64,000 nucleotides of DNA from Treponemataceae bacterium (GCA_045631425.1 JAZQUR010000105.1:13917-77916); one strand, 5' to 3'; shown: positions 8,877-19,197, numbered from the stretch's first letter. Translations and numbers: made by a program. The notes: a model not told the origin generated them from the sequence alone.

Positions 8877-9464
8877 CTATAAAAGGTTTCTAAAATATTT
8901 TGAATTAAAAATAGGATAAATAAATCCACAAACCACAAAGGAACAAATAATGGCTAAAATTGTTGGAAGATACATAGAATAAACGCCTAAAACCAATGTT
9001 ATTATTAGTGAAAAAATATCATTTCCTTTGGTTAAAATTGTTACAAAATAAGACAAGAAAGTTACAAATATCACTAAAAGAAAAAGTCGTAAAATTGCTA
9101 AAGCAGAAATTCCACCACCTAAAGTTGAAGAAATTAGGAACAAACCGTAAATTACCAAAGCAAAGAAAAATTTTGAAACCAAAATTGATATAAAACTAGT
9201 TTTGATATTCAGCAAAAAAATCATTCCACCAGTAGTAAAGTCGTTTTTTGTAACATCAAAAATAAACTGAAAAATTAATACTGATAAAAACACCCCCTGG
9301 TACAAGGAAAGATTTTGAATACCTTTATTTACCAAAATAAAATTTCCAATCAAAAAAACAACAAAAAGAGCAAACCACTTTTTATTTTTTAGAAATTCTA
9401 AAAATTCTTTTTTTATGCAGATTAAAAATTTCATTATAAAAATATCCTTATTATTTTTACGCAA
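8877..9464 (-). CDS. Small polytopic membrane protein, putative permease partner of the adjacent ABC ATPase
   Basis: About 5-6 predicted TM segments. The N-terminus (MKFLICIKKEFLEF from the alternative start at 9434) is paralogous to the N-terminus of ORF 10096-10680. Confidence 0.65.
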   Translation of the reverse strand: MRKNNKDIFIMKFLICIKKEFLEFLKNKKWFALFVVFLIGNFILVNKGIQNLSLYQGVFLSVLIFQFIFDVTKNDFTTGGMIFLLNIKTSFISILVSKFFFALVIYGLFLISSTLGGGISALAILRLFLLVIFVTFLSYFVTILTKGNDIFSLIITLVLGVYSMYLPTILAIICSFVVCGFIYPIFNSKYFRNLL

Positions 9465-10074
9465 ATGTTTTATATGCTTCTTTTAATTCATCTACAGAAA
9501 CATTTTTCTCTTGGTTTTGCCAAGAAATTTCACCTTTTTTGATAAACAAAATATTATCTGCAACTTCAGTTGTTAAATATAAATCGTGGGAAGTTATGAC
9601 AATTGTTCGATTAGCATTTTTTAGGATTTTTACAAGATTTTCTGCATTTGTAGGATCAAGAGACGCAAAAGGCTCATCTAAAAACAAAATTTCTTCTTTA
9701 CTTGCTAAAGCCACAATTAATGAAGCCATCATTTCTTGTCCTGTAGATAATCTTCTTATCGGAGATTTCGCAAATTCTTGTGCATTAAAAAGCTCGTAAG
9801 CTTCTCTCCAATTATCATTTTCTTTTGCATTGATTATATCTAAATGTTCTTTTAGGGAAAAATGTTGAATTAATCCTCCAGAGGAAGGAACAAGCCATCC
9901 TTTTGTTTCTTTTATATCCGTAATAAAGATGCCAGAAAGAATCTTTAGTAAAGTTGTTTTTCCAGCACCATTATGTCCACAAATTACAGTAATTTTATTT
10001 TCTGGAATTTCAATTTCAAAATCTTTGAATATCTCTTTTTTTCTATTGTATTTAAAATTTACATTATACTTCAT
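9457..10074 (-). CDS. ABC transporter ATP-binding protein (short, 205 aa)
   Basis: Walker A GHNGAGKTT, signature LSTGQ, Walker B ILFLDEPFASLD, H-loop SHD. Confidence 0.9.
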   Translation of the reverse strand: MKYNVNFKYNRKKEIFKDFEIEIPENKITVICGHNGAGKTTLLKILSGIFITDIKETKGWLVPSSGGLIQHFSLKEHLDIINAKENDNWREAYELFNAQEFAKSPIRRLSTGQEMMASLIVALASKEEILFLDEPFASLDPTNAENLVKILKNANRTIVITSHDLYLTTEVADNILFIKKGEISWQNQEKNVSVDELKEAYKTFA

Positions 10075-10095
10075 TGTTTTTCCTTTTTTTTATTT

Positions 10096-10680
10096 TTATA
10101 TTTGTGTTCTATAGTGATTTGATTCTGATAATTTCCAAGCCGCAAAAAAAGCTAAAAGTGCCAAACAAATTGATATTAAACTGATTAGAAAAATATTGTT
10201 TAATAATAACAAGCATAATAATAATATAAAAGTAATTCCCATAGTGAGGAAAGTTGTTGTAGCCTCAGACCCTTTACCTAATATTGCCCCTAAATGCATT
10301 AAGGCTGATGTAAAAACTATCATTGGAACTAACCAAAATATATCAATAACTGAAAATATATCATTTATTATTGGAATAATCGCTACAACCTCTATTGCCA
10401 ACATAAGTATCGAAGCTAAAATTTTTGAAATAAAAATATCTAGATATGAAGCCTTCACATTATAAACAAAAACTATCCCTTTCATTTTTGTATCTGCAAC
10501 AAATGATTCAAATATATATTCGTTGGCAACCATTAATATAAACCAAGAATAAAAGGGTTTACCCAATTCAACACTTTTTTTTTCAAATAAATATAAAACT
10601 CCAACAATTACAACAATTAGTGACCAACCTCTATAATTGCAGAACAATTCTCTAAATTCTTTTTTTAATAACGTTTTCAT
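10096..10680 (-). CDS. Small polytopic membrane protein, paralogue of 8877-9464
   Basis: Hydrophobic with ~5-6 TM segments. Shares the N-terminal KKEF.E motif with the other flanking membrane protein. Confidence 0.65.
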   Translation of the reverse strand: MKTLLKKEFRELFCNYRGWSLIVVIVGVLYLFEKKSVELGKPFYSWFILMVANEYIFESFVADTKMKGIVFVYNVKASYLDIFISKILASILMLAIEVVAIIPIINDIFSVIDIFWLVPMIVFTSALMHLGAILGKGSEATTTFLTMGITFILLLCLLLLNNIFLISLISICLALLAFFAAWKLSESNHYRTQI

Positions 10681-10755
10681 ATTTTCCCCTTTTTTTTACA
10701 GGGACTATCATATATACACTAATTATCTAATGTTTTCTAATAGTCCCCTTTATTA

Positions 10756-10818
10756 TTAATATGCTGGAGTAGATATTAATAACATTGCGATAACGATGAT
10801 AACTGTTTTTGTAATCAT
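10756..10818 (-). CDS. Unannotated 20-aa hydrophobic peptide ORF (MITKTVIIVIAMLLISTPAY) upstream of the ABC module
   Basis: Minus-strand AGGAGG is 8 nt upstream of the ATG. TTGACA (10873-10878) and TATAAT (10848-10853) are upstream with a 19-nt spacer. Too short to appear in the ORF track. Confidence 0.4.
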   Translation of the reverse strand: MITKTVIIVIAMLLISTPAY

Positions 10819-10991
10819 TTCAGCGTCCTCCTTTTTAAGATATTTTCATTATAAATCTACTTTTTTCATTCTGTCAAATTTTATTTTTTTTGTCATTTTG
10901 TTTTTTTATATCAATTTTTCTTTAAGATTCTTCAAATATGAGAATCAACTTCCTTCTTTACCTTATGCAAAGTTTCAACTATAATTTTCCT

Positions 10992-11870
10992 ATGGCAAAT
11001 AATGATAATAAAAAGAAAAATGATATTGGTTTTGCAATTTGGCTAGTGGCTGCACTTATAGTTTTTATTGTGTTTTTAGTTTCTAGAGAAAGAATGTTGA
11101 CTGTTCTAAAAGAAACAGATTTTTTTAACAAGGTTTTTGGTTCTGAACCTCAATTTATAACAAATTTTGAGCCAAAACATACAGATTCTCAAAAAGCAGA
11201 AACAGAAATCACTGAAGAAATCATTCTGGAAAATATCAATTCAACAAATCAAAATACAATTACTCTAAATGTGGATAATAACAAATCTAACAATTCTTCA
11301 GTTGGAAGCTCTACTGGAAAAACAGCTGAACCTGAAAATACAGTTGAAATCCCACAATCAAGAGAGGAAACACCTGTAACTCCAGTTCAACCAGAAGAAA
11401 AAACTGAAACTCCAAAAAAAGTAGAAACCCAAAATGCTGTTTCAGAATCAAAAATGAAGCAAACTTTGTTTTTCATCGTGATTTCAGGCGATGGCTCTGT
11501 TGTTAGAAAAGAAATTACACGAGAAATTCCAAAAACGAACACACCTTTAGCTGCAGCCATTAACGCATTGCTTTCAGGCCCAAATATTTCTGAACTAGAA
11601 TCTGGATATATGTCCCTTATTCCAAACGGAACAAAACTTCTAGGCGCATCCATAAATAACGGCGTTGCAACTATTAATTTTAGCGAAGAGTTTTTATTCA
11701 ACAAATACGGTGTAGAAGGGATTTATGGGCAGCTAATGCAAGTTGTGTATACTGCAACCGCTTTTAGCAATATTAATAGTGTACAATTTTTGGTAGAGGG
11801 CGCAAAACAAGATTATCTTGGAGAAGGAATCTTTGTAGGCTCTCCACTTCCACGTTCAGCATTTAAATAA
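10992..11870 (+). CDS. GerMN domain-containing membrane-anchored protein
   Basis: N-terminal TM anchor, low-complexity linker, and a C-terminal GerMN-like pattern (PLAAAINALLSGP, GVATINFSEEF, QVVYTATAF, VQFLVEG). Start set at ATG 10992. Confidence 0.7.
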   Translation: MANNDNKKKNDIGFAIWLVAALIVFIVFLVSRERMLTVLKETDFFNKVFGSEPQFITNFEPKHTDSQKAETEITEEIILENINSTNQNTITLNVDNNKSNNSSVGSSTGKTAEPENTVEIPQSREETPVTPVQPEEKTETPKKVETQNAVSESKMKQTLFFIVISGDGSVVRKEITREIPKTNTPLAAAINALLSGPNISELESGYMSLIPNGTKLLGASINNGVATINFSEEFLFNKYGVEGIYGQLMQVVYTATAFSNINSVQFLVEGAKQDYLGEGIFVGSPLPRSAFK

Positions 11871-11991
11871 TTTAACATCAATATTTATTGAATGTTTTAT
11901 TACAATTTTGTATCATAAGGCAAAATAGATTGTGCTAAATCCACTAACAACACAATCTGGAGAGGTGTTTATTACAAGCTCGGAGGTTACT

Positions 11992-13968
11992 ATGAACGTT
12001 TCTGCATTGGAAAAAGTGGCATTGTCAATCCGTAGCCTTTCAATGGATGCTATTCAAAAAGCAAAGTCAGGTCACCCAGGCCTACCATTGGGATGTGCAG
12101 AGTTGGCATCGGTTTTATATGGTGAAATCCTTAACCATAATCCTAAAAATGCTGCTTGGTTAAACAGAGATCGTTTTGTCTTATCTGCTGGACATGGATC
12201 TATGCTTTTGTATTCTATCCTACATTTAAGTGGATATGATGTTTCTTTAGACGACATAAAGAATTTTCGTCAATTAGATTCAAAATGCCCAGGACATCCT
12301 GAATATGGAGTTACTCCTGGTGTTGAATGTACAACAGGGCCATTAGGACAAGGTATTGCCATGGCAACTGGTATGGCTTTGGCTGAAACAATGCTTGCAG
12401 CTAAATTCAACACAGAAAATCATAAAATTGTTGATCACTACACTTATGCACTTGTTGGCGAAGGCTGTTTGATGGAAGGTGTTTCTTCAGAAGCTTCAAG
12501 TTTTGCTGGTGCATATAAACTTGGAAAACTTATCGTTTTCTATGATGAAAATAAAATCACTATTGATGGTTCAACTGACATTGTTTTCTCAGAAGACATC
12601 CAAAAACGTTATGAAGCTTACGGATGGCAAGTTCTACGTGGTTCTATGTACAACATGGAAGAAATTGCTAAACTTGTTGAAAGTGCAAAAGCTGATGACA
12701 GACCATCATTAATCATTCTAAAATCTGCTATCGGAAAAGGTGCTCCAACTGTAGAAGGCAAATCTGCTGCACACGGTGCTCCAATTGGTGAAGAAGGGGT
12801 TGCTGAAGCAAAGAAAAATCTTGGATTAAATCCAGAAGAACACTTCTTTGTTGCAAAAGAAGCATACGATTACTTCGCAGAAAAACAAGCAGAATATTCA
12901 GCAAAGGAAGAAAACTGGAACAACACTTTTGACGCTTGGGCAGAAGAAAATCCAGAACTTCTAAAACTATGGAACGCATATCACAACAATGAACCAGTTT
13001 CTGAAATCACAGATGATATGTTCCCTACTTTTGAAGTTGGTGAAAATCTTGCAACACGTTCTGCTGCAGGAAAAGCTCTAACATTCTTAACAGAAAAATT
13101 CCAAAACTACGTTGGTGGTAGTGCAGACTTGTGCGGACCTAACGCTATCAAATTTGCTCCAAATAGTGGTGTTTATTCTCCAGAAACAAGAGATGGACGT
13201 TACATCAACTTTGGTATCAGAGAATTTGCAATGTCTTGTATCTGTAATGGTCTTGCATTACACGGTGGATTAAAACCATTCTGTGGAACATTCCTTGTAT
13301 TTGCAGACTACCTAAGACCAGCTCTACGTCTTTCAAGTTTGATGGAATTGCCTGTTGTGTACATCTTCACACACGATTCAATCTACGTTGGAGAGGACGG
13401 ACCTACACACCAACCAGTTGAACTAGTTTCTTCACTACGTGGAATTCCTGGTGTACAAGTGCTACGTCCAGCTGATGCTCAAGAAGCAGTTGAAGCATGG
13501 AAAATCGCAAACGAAGTTAAAGATCACCCAGTATGTATCTGTTTAACACGTCAAAATATCCCTGTATTTGAAAAAGAAGATCCAGATTGGAAAAACACAA
13601 TCAAAACAGGTGCTTATATTGCTAAAAAAGCAAGTGACAAGCCAGATGTTACAATTCTTGCAACAGGTTCTGAAGTTTCTCTTGCACTTGAAGCAGCAAG
13701 TAAGTCAAAGAAAGCTGTTCGCGTTGTTTCAGTATTAGATAAGACAGCTTTTGAAAAGCAACCTCAAGTTTTAATTGATACAATTCTTGGTGGTGCAAAA
13801 AAAGTTGTAGTTGCTGAAGCTGGTATTTCTCAAGGTTGGGAAGGCTTTGCTACAAGCAAAAATGACTTATTTAACATCAATCGTTTCGGAACTTCTGCAC
13901 CTGCAAACATTGCAGCAAAAGGTCTAGGATTTACAGCTGACAACCTTCTAAACGTTATCGAAGGCTAA
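11992..13968 (+). CDS. tkt: Transketolase
   Basis: SGHPG, GHGSMLLYS, GPLGQG, GEGCLMEG and THDSIYVGEDGPTHQP motifs. GGAGG lies 6 nt upstream of ATG 11992. Confidence 0.95.
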   Translation: MNVSALEKVALSIRSLSMDAIQKAKSGHPGLPLGCAELASVLYGEILNHNPKNAAWLNRDRFVLSAGHGSMLLYSILHLSGYDVSLDDIKNFRQLDSKCPGHPEYGVTPGVECTTGPLGQGIAMATGMALAETMLAAKFNTENHKIVDHYTYALVGEGCLMEGVSSEASSFAGAYKLGKLIVFYDENKITIDGSTDIVFSEDIQKRYEAYGWQVLRGSMYNMEEIAKLVESAKADDRPSLIILKSAIGKGAPTVEGKSAAHGAPIGEEGVAEAKKNLGLNPEEHFFVAKEAYDYFAEKQAEYSAKEENWNNTFDAWAEENPELLKLWNAYHNNEPVSEITDDMFPTFEVGENLATRSAAGKALTFLTEKFQNYVGGSADLCGPNAIKFAPNSGVYSPETRDGRYINFGIREFAMSCICNGLALHGGLKPFCGTFLVFADYLRPALRLSSLMELPVVYIFTHDSIYVGEDGPTHQPVELVSSLRGIPGVQVLRPADAQEAVEAWKIANEVKDHPVCICLTRQNIPVFEKEDPDWKNTIKTGAYIAKKASDKPDVTILATGSEVSLALEAASKSKKAVRVVSVLDKTAFEKQPQVLIDTILGGAKKVVVAEAGISQGWEGFATSKNDLFNINRFGTSAPANIAAKGLGFTADNLLNVIEG

Positions 13969-13979
13969 TCGGTTTTTAC

Positions 13980-14027
13980 AAAGAGCTTTTATCGTCTATA
14001 ATTATGGAGGATAAAAGCTCTTTTTTT
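13980..14027 (+). terminator. Rho-independent terminator after tkt
   Basis: 13-bp stem AAAGAGCTTTTAT / ATAAAAGCTCTTT followed by a T7 run. Confidence 0.8.
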
Positions 14028-14066
14028 GGTACACTATGCCACAAAATAATATTATGAGGAAAAAAA

Positions 14067-14687
14067 ATGACAACTAAACAAAAATATGCAATTTTGCTTA
14101 GTCTTATCACAGTTGGTGCTCAACTTTATTCTACAGTAGTGTTGATAATTGAACGCGGATGGTTAGCATTTCAATATTACACAATGGACAGTAATATTTT
14201 CGCAGCCATTACATCAATCTTGATGATTTTTTTATTGCTATCAAAAGGTTCTGTTTCTCAAAAAATTCACAACCTTCGCTACTACTCAACTTGTTGTGTA
14301 ACAGTAACTTTTATCGTTGTTATCGCAATTTTGATTCCACTTGATGGATTGGAAAATTTTGCAAGTTGGCTTTTTGAAGGCACAGATTTCTGGCTGCACA
14401 CAGTTGGACCACTTTTAAACATTGCAAGTTTCTTGTTCTTAGAGCATGAATGTAAAATCACAAAACGCGAAACATTCTTAGCTCTTATTCCAACCATTAT
14501 TTATGCAGTTATCGCTATTGTTCTAAACCTTGTAAAAGTTATTTATGGACCATATCCTTTCTTACACGTTTACGAACAAAGCATTTTCATGACTTTTGTT
14601 TGGCTCATTGTTATCAGCGCATTAGTTTATGGGATCGCATTGTTACTAAAATTTGGAAATACAAAACTTCAAAAAAATAAAGCATAA
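14067..14687 (+). CDS. Six-TM membrane protein, tandem paralogue 1 (AIG1/FAR-17a-like motifs, tentative)
   Basis: YYTMDSNIFA, RYYSTCCVTVT, WLHTVGPLL, ALIPTIIY and GPYPFLHVYEQSI are shared with the next ORF. Confidence 0.7.
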   Translation: MTTKQKYAILLSLITVGAQLYSTVVLIIERGWLAFQYYTMDSNIFAAITSILMIFLLLSKGSVSQKIHNLRYYSTCCVTVTFIVVIAILIPLDGLENFASWLFEGTDFWLHTVGPLLNIASFLFLEHECKITKRETFLALIPTIIYAVIAIVLNLVKVIYGPYPFLHVYEQSIFMTFVWLIVISALVYGIALLLKFGNTKLQKNKA

Positions 14688-14731
14688 ATCTCTTTTTGCT
14701 AAATTTGCTAAAAATACATAAACTATTTGAT

Positions 14732-14777
14732 AAGGATTGTTTTGGGATTATTTCTTGAAAACAATCCTTTTTTTTTC
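14732..14777 (+). terminator. Rho-independent terminator between the tandem paralogues
   Basis: 12-bp stem AAGGATTGTTTT / AAAACAATCCTT followed by a T-run. Confidence 0.8.
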
Positions 14778-14862
14778 TCGGAAAGCTAACAAATTATTTT
14801 CTTAGGCATAACTTATTATTATTTTAAAATTAGATTTAAAAATTACAGGAGTAAAAAAAGTT

Positions 14863-15498
14863 ATGAAAATAAAACAAAATCTAGCATTGATTACAAACTT
14901 AGTATGTGCCGTTTTGCAAATTTATGCTTTAACAATGGCTTTTATGGCACGAGGTTTTTCACCTTTGCAATATTACACCATAGACAGCAATATTTTTGCT
15001 TGTCTTTCTTCCATCGTTTTGGTGTGTTCCTTATTGATAAAGGGAAGAACGCCGCTTTGGGTTCATAAATTCCGATATTACGCCACTTGCTGTGTAACTG
15101 TTACCCTCGTAGTTGTTTTGGTGATTTTAATACCATCAGCAGGATTCCGCTCTGCTCCAGAATTACTATTTCATGGAACAAACCTATGGCAACACACTAT
15201 TTGTCCGCTTTTAGGGATTTGTAGCTTTTTATTTTTTGAAAAAGATGAAAAGTTAGACGTAAATCAAAGTACATACGCTTTAATTCCCACATTGATTTAT
15301 GGAATCGTAGCAATTCTTTTGAACGCAATCCGAGTGATAAGAGGACCTTACGCTTTCTTCTACATTTACGAGCAAAGTATCCTTGTAACTTTTATGTGGA
15401 TGATTATAATTTTGGGAATTGCCTACATCCTAGCAGAGTTGCTAAGACGAGGCAATTTGAGATTAGGCATCAACTCAAAAACTTACCCATCAACTTAG
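14863..15498 (+). CDS. Six-TM membrane protein, tandem paralogue 2
   Basis: YYTIDSNIFA, RYYATCCVTVT, WQHTICPLL, ALIPTLIY, GPYAFFYIYEQSI. Has its own RBS (AGGAG). Confidence 0.7.
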   Translation: MKIKQNLALITNLVCAVLQIYALTMAFMARGFSPLQYYTIDSNIFACLSSIVLVCSLLIKGRTPLWVHKFRYYATCCVTVTLVVVLVILIPSAGFRSAPELLFHGTNLWQHTICPLLGICSFLFFEKDEKLDVNQSTYALIPTLIYGIVAILLNAIRVIRGPYAFFYIYEQSILVTFMWMIIILGIAYILAELLRRGNLRLGINSKTYPST

Positions 15499-15611
15499 AG
15501 AATTTTCCCTCCTTTTTTTGTTGCCTTTTATGACAAAAAGGTCTAAAATTGTAAAAATCATAGATTAATTGAAATGTCTATTAATCTATAAAAAATTAGG
15601 AGGGATTCTCA

Positions 15612-16520
15612 ATGAATACAAAAAAAATTGTTGTTATCTGTTCTGTTTTGGTTGTACTTGTAGTACTTCTTGTTTCTTCATTCAGCGTTGTTGGACCAAC
15701 AGAAAGAGGTATCAAAGTTACACTTGGTGTGGCAGACGAAGTTGTTTTAGGACCAGGTCTAAAATTCAAAACACCTTTCTTGCAAAAAATCCAGAAATAC
15801 GATTTAACACCAATCCAATACGTTTCATCTTTTAATAACGTTAGCGATGCTGCAATTACTTTGGATAAACAATCTATTCTTGTAAATTTCGAACTATTTT
15901 GGCGTTATGATGAAAGCAAACTATACAATGTTGCTACAAGATACAAAACTCGCGAAAGTTTATATCAACCAATTTCAACATCTCTAAAAGGTATCATCAA
16001 GGATTGCGTTGGTAAAAAATCAATCAACGACATTACAGCAAACCAATCTTTACTTACAAATGAAGTTATTGAAAGACTTGTTGATGATATCGCTTATCTT
16101 CCAATCATTGTTGATAAATTTACAATCACAAACATTGATTGGTCAGCTGAATACGACAAACAAATCGAAGAAACAGCAAAACTAAGTCAACAAGTTGAAC
16201 AAGCTAAGCAACAAGCTCTAATTGTTGAAGCTCAAGCTCAAAAACAAGTTAAAGAAGCACAAGCAAGACTTGAAGCTGAAAAACTAAATGCAGAAGCAGA
16301 AATTGCAAAAGCAGAAGGTGAAGCAAAGGCTAAAAAGATTCGTGCAGATGCTGATGCTTACGAAGCTCAAAAAATCGCAGAAAACCAAGCTGCTTATTCA
16401 AAACAATGGCAATATGAAATTGATCTAGAAAAGGCAAAAAGATGGAATGGTAAAGAAGTTCCAGATGCAGCATATATTGTTCCAGGAACTGGAGCTGTTG
16501 TTCCTCTAAAGACAAACTAA
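15612..16520 (+). CDS. SPFH/band-7 (prohibitin-like) domain protein with a C-terminal Ala/Glu/Lys/Gln coiled coil
   Basis: N-terminal TM anchor, SPFH-like core, then an AQAQKQVKEAQARLEAEKLNAEAEIAKAEGEAKAKK coiled coil. RBS is AGGAGGG. Confidence 0.8.
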   Translation: MNTKKIVVICSVLVVLVVLLVSSFSVVGPTERGIKVTLGVADEVVLGPGLKFKTPFLQKIQKYDLTPIQYVSSFNNVSDAAITLDKQSILVNFELFWRYDESKLYNVATRYKTRESLYQPISTSLKGIIKDCVGKKSINDITANQSLLTNEVIERLVDDIAYLPIIVDKFTITNIDWSAEYDKQIEETAKLSQQVEQAKQQALIVEAQAQKQVKEAQARLEAEKLNAEAEIAKAEGEAKAKKIRADADAYEAQKIAENQAAYSKQWQYEIDLEKAKRWNGKEVPDAAYIVPGTGAVVPLKTN

Positions 16521-16536
16521 TAAAAGCACTTTAAAA

Positions 16537-16586
16537 CAAAAAAGGTGAGTTAGCAATCTTTTCAGATTCAACTCACCTATATTTTA
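16537..16586. terminator. Bidirectional terminator between the SPFH gene and murA
   Basis: 9-bp stem AGGTGAGTT (16543-16551) / AACTCACCT (16570-16578), flanked by an A-run and a T-rich run. Confidence 0.65.
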
Positions 16587-16590
16587 TATA

Positions 16591-17871
16591 TTAGGCATCA
16601 ACACGGGTAATGTGAGCGCCTAAAGATTGTAGGCGTTCTACCAAATGTTCATATCCTCTTTCGATTTGATATACGTTGCGGATTATACTTTCTCCTTGGG
16701 CGCTTAGAGCAGCAATAACCAAAGCCATACCTGCTCTAACGTCTGGGGAAACAAGTTCATCGCCATGAAGTCTACAAGGTCCAGAAACAACAGCTCTGTG
16801 TGGATCACACAGTGTGATTCTTGCACCCATTCCAATCAACTTATCAACAAAGAACATTCTTGATTCGAACATCTTTTCAAAAATCAAAACTGTACCAGAA
16901 ACCTGAGTTGCAACAACTGTCATAACGCTGGTTAAGTCAGCTGGAAATCCTGGCCATGGAGAGTCATCGATTTTGGGAGTCATTCCACCAAGATCTGTAT
17001 CAACTTGCATAGATTGACCCATTGGTACAGTTAAAGTTGTTCCTTCAACTTCCCAGTGAATACCAAGTTTTTTGAAAGCCAATTTAATTGGACGTAAATC
17101 TCTAGGTTCAATATCTGTAATTGTGATGGAACCTTTTGTTGCAGCTGCAAGCCCGATAAAAGAACCAATTTCCATGTAATCTGGACCGATTCTATATTCT
17201 GTTCCGTGAAGTTCTTCCACACCGTCAATAGTCAAAATGTTTGAGCCAACACCTGTGATTTTTGCACCCATTGATTTCAGCATATTACACAAGTCTTGGA
17301 CGTGTGGCTCACTTGCAGCGTTTGTGATGATAGTTTGACCTTCTGCCAAAACAGCAGCCATCACTGCATTTTCTGTAGCTGTTACAGATGCTTCATCCAA
17401 GAAAATATCTGCCCCTACAAGTTTATTTGTAGAGAAAACAAATTGGCCATTTGCTGAAATATTTACTCCAAGTTCTTGAAGTGCCAAAAAGTGAGTATCA
17501 ACACGACGGCGACCAATTACATCTCCTCCTGGAGGAGACATAATTACTTTTCCGCTTCTAGCAACTAAAGGCCCTGCAAATAAGATTGAGCCACGAATTT
17601 TTTTTGTAAATGTAGCAGGGATTTCTGATTTATCAATATTTTTTGCTTCTACTTTCCAAGAGTTTGAACCTAGCTTTTCAACAGAAACACCTAGAGAACG
17701 CAAAACATCAAACATAACTCCAGTATCTTCAATTTCTGGAATATTGTTTAGGATTACAGGTTCTTTTGTTAGAATACAAGCTGCAATACATGGAAGGGCT
17801 GCATTTTTATTTCCACTTGCTTTAATTGTTCCCTTGATTGGGAAACCACCTTCTACGTGATATTCTACCAT
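16591..17871 (-). CDS. murA: UDP-N-acetylglucosamine 1-carboxyvinyltransferase
   Basis: Recognisable over the full length ([36 protein letters not shown]). Confidence 0.95.
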   Translation of the reverse strand: MVEYHVEGGFPIKGTIKASGNKNAALPCIAACILTKEPVILNNIPEIEDTGVMFDVLRSLGVSVEKLGSNSWKVEAKNIDKSEIPATFTKKIRGSILFAGPLVARSGKVIMSPPGGDVIGRRRVDTHFLALQELGVNISANGQFVFSTNKLVGADIFLDEASVTATENAVMAAVLAEGQTIITNAASEPHVQDLCNMLKSMGAKITGVGSNILTIDGVEELHGTEYRIGPDYMEIGSFIGLAAATKGSITITDIEPRDLRPIKLAFKKLGIHWEVEGTTLTVPMGQSMQVDTDLGGMTPKIDDSPWPGFPADLTSVMTVVATQVSGTVLIFEKMFESRMFFVDKLIGMGARITLCDPHRAVVSGPCRLHGDELVSPDVRAGMALVIAALSAQGESIIRNVYQIERGYEHLVERLQSLGAHITRVDA

Positions 17872-17872
17872 T

Positions 17873-19114
17873 TTATGCCTCCGCCCATAATTTTACTAAT
17901 TCAATTACAGTTTTTGTAGATGCTTCCATCTGATTTAAAGAAGCCCATTCGCTTCTTGAGTGGAAGTTATGTCCACCTGTGAAAACATTTGGAGTTGGAA
18001 TTCCCATTTCTGTAAGTCTTGAACCGTCTGTTCCACCACGAATAGGGTTGAAAACCGGTGTAATTCCAAGATTTTTTACAGCTTGTGTTAATTTTTCTAC
18101 AACAAGCGGATTTTCGTCCAACTTTTCTTTCATGTTTACATATTGTTTTGTGTGTTTTACATCAACTTTTCCACCTGGGAATTTTGCTTCGATGGCTTTT
18201 GCAAAGGTGTCGATTGCATCAAGACGTCTTTGCATTTTTTCCATTGTAAAATCACGGTTAAAAATTGTTAGATTACTTTGCTCAATTCCACCAGAAATCT
18301 GCATTGGAGCATAAAATCCTTGATAACCATCTGTAGCTTCTGGGCTTTCTGTTTGTGGTAAAAAGTTCACAAATGCACTAAGCATTGTAATTGAGTTTAC
18401 CATTGTGGCACGAGCAGTTCCTGTGTGAGTAGAAACACCAGTAAATGTTACATCTGATTTGAAAGCAGTAAAACATTCTACTTCTAGTTCACCGATATGA
18501 CCGCCGTCTAGAGTGTAGCATTGTTTTGACTGAATCCAATCAACTGGAACGTTATCCATACCGTGACCAGTTTCTTCGTCTGGAGAAAAGATAACTTCGA
18601 TTTGTCCGTGAGGAATATTATCTTTGATGATGGATTCCATTGCGGTCATAATTGCAGCGATACCAGCTTTGTCGTCTGCACCAAGCAATGTTGTTCCGTC
18701 AGTTGTAATAATTGTTTCGCCAACAGAAACTTTCAAATCATTATCTTTTGCAGGATCTAAAAGAATTCCGTTTCCAATGTTCAAAACGCTTCCATCATAG
18801 TTTTTGAAAACTTGTGGATTTACGTTTTTTCCAGTTACTTCATCAACTGTGTCCATGTGAGCCAAAAATCCAACTGATGGGAAATTTTCATATCCCTTTG
18901 TTGCTGGAAGTCTTGCGCAAACATAAGCATGTTCTGAAACAAAAATATCTGTAATCCCGATGGATTTTAGTTCTTTTTCGAGTTCTTTTGCAAAATCAGT
19001 TTGCATTGGACTTGAAGGCTGAATTCCATTATCAGCATTTTCTGTGTTACTTTCTGTCCAAGTTTTTACGTATCGCAAAAATCGTTCTAATAAAATGTCT
19101 TGAGTATTTTCCAT
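17873..19114 (-). CDS. pepT: Peptidase T (tripeptide aminopeptidase, M20B)
   Basis: [26 protein letters not shown] and GGTDGS motifs; 413 aa. Confidence 0.9.
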   Translation of the reverse strand: MENTQDILLERFLRYVKTWTESNTENADNGIQPSSPMQTDFAKELEKELKSIGITDIFVSEHAYVCARLPATKGYENFPSVGFLAHMDTVDEVTGKNVNPQVFKNYDGSVLNIGNGILLDPAKDNDLKVSVGETIITTDGTTLLGADDKAGIAAIMTAMESIIKDNIPHGQIEVIFSPDEETGHGMDNVPVDWIQSKQCYTLDGGHIGELEVECFTAFKSDVTFTGVSTHTGTARATMVNSITMLSAFVNFLPQTESPEATDGYQGFYAPMQISGGIEQSNLTIFNRDFTMEKMQRRLDAIDTFAKAIEAKFPGGKVDVKHTKQYVNMKEKLDENPLVVEKLTQAVKNLGITPVFNPIRGGTDGSRLTEMGIPTPNVFTGGHNFHSRSEWASLNQMEASTKTVIELVKLWAEA

Positions 19115-19197
19115 AACCTATAGAATACGCTATTTTTAAGGTTTTGTGTAGTAGGGAAAATTGATGGATAGAAATTGCCACGCGGATTTGTTCGTAG

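Noticed and set aside
10796-10984. 62-aa (+) ORF in the AT-rich gap before the GerMN gene
   Set aside because: It has no RBS and a Phe/Ile/Leu-rich translation typical of AT-rich non-coding DNA. It also overlaps, in antisense, the better-supported 20-aa ORF and its promoter.
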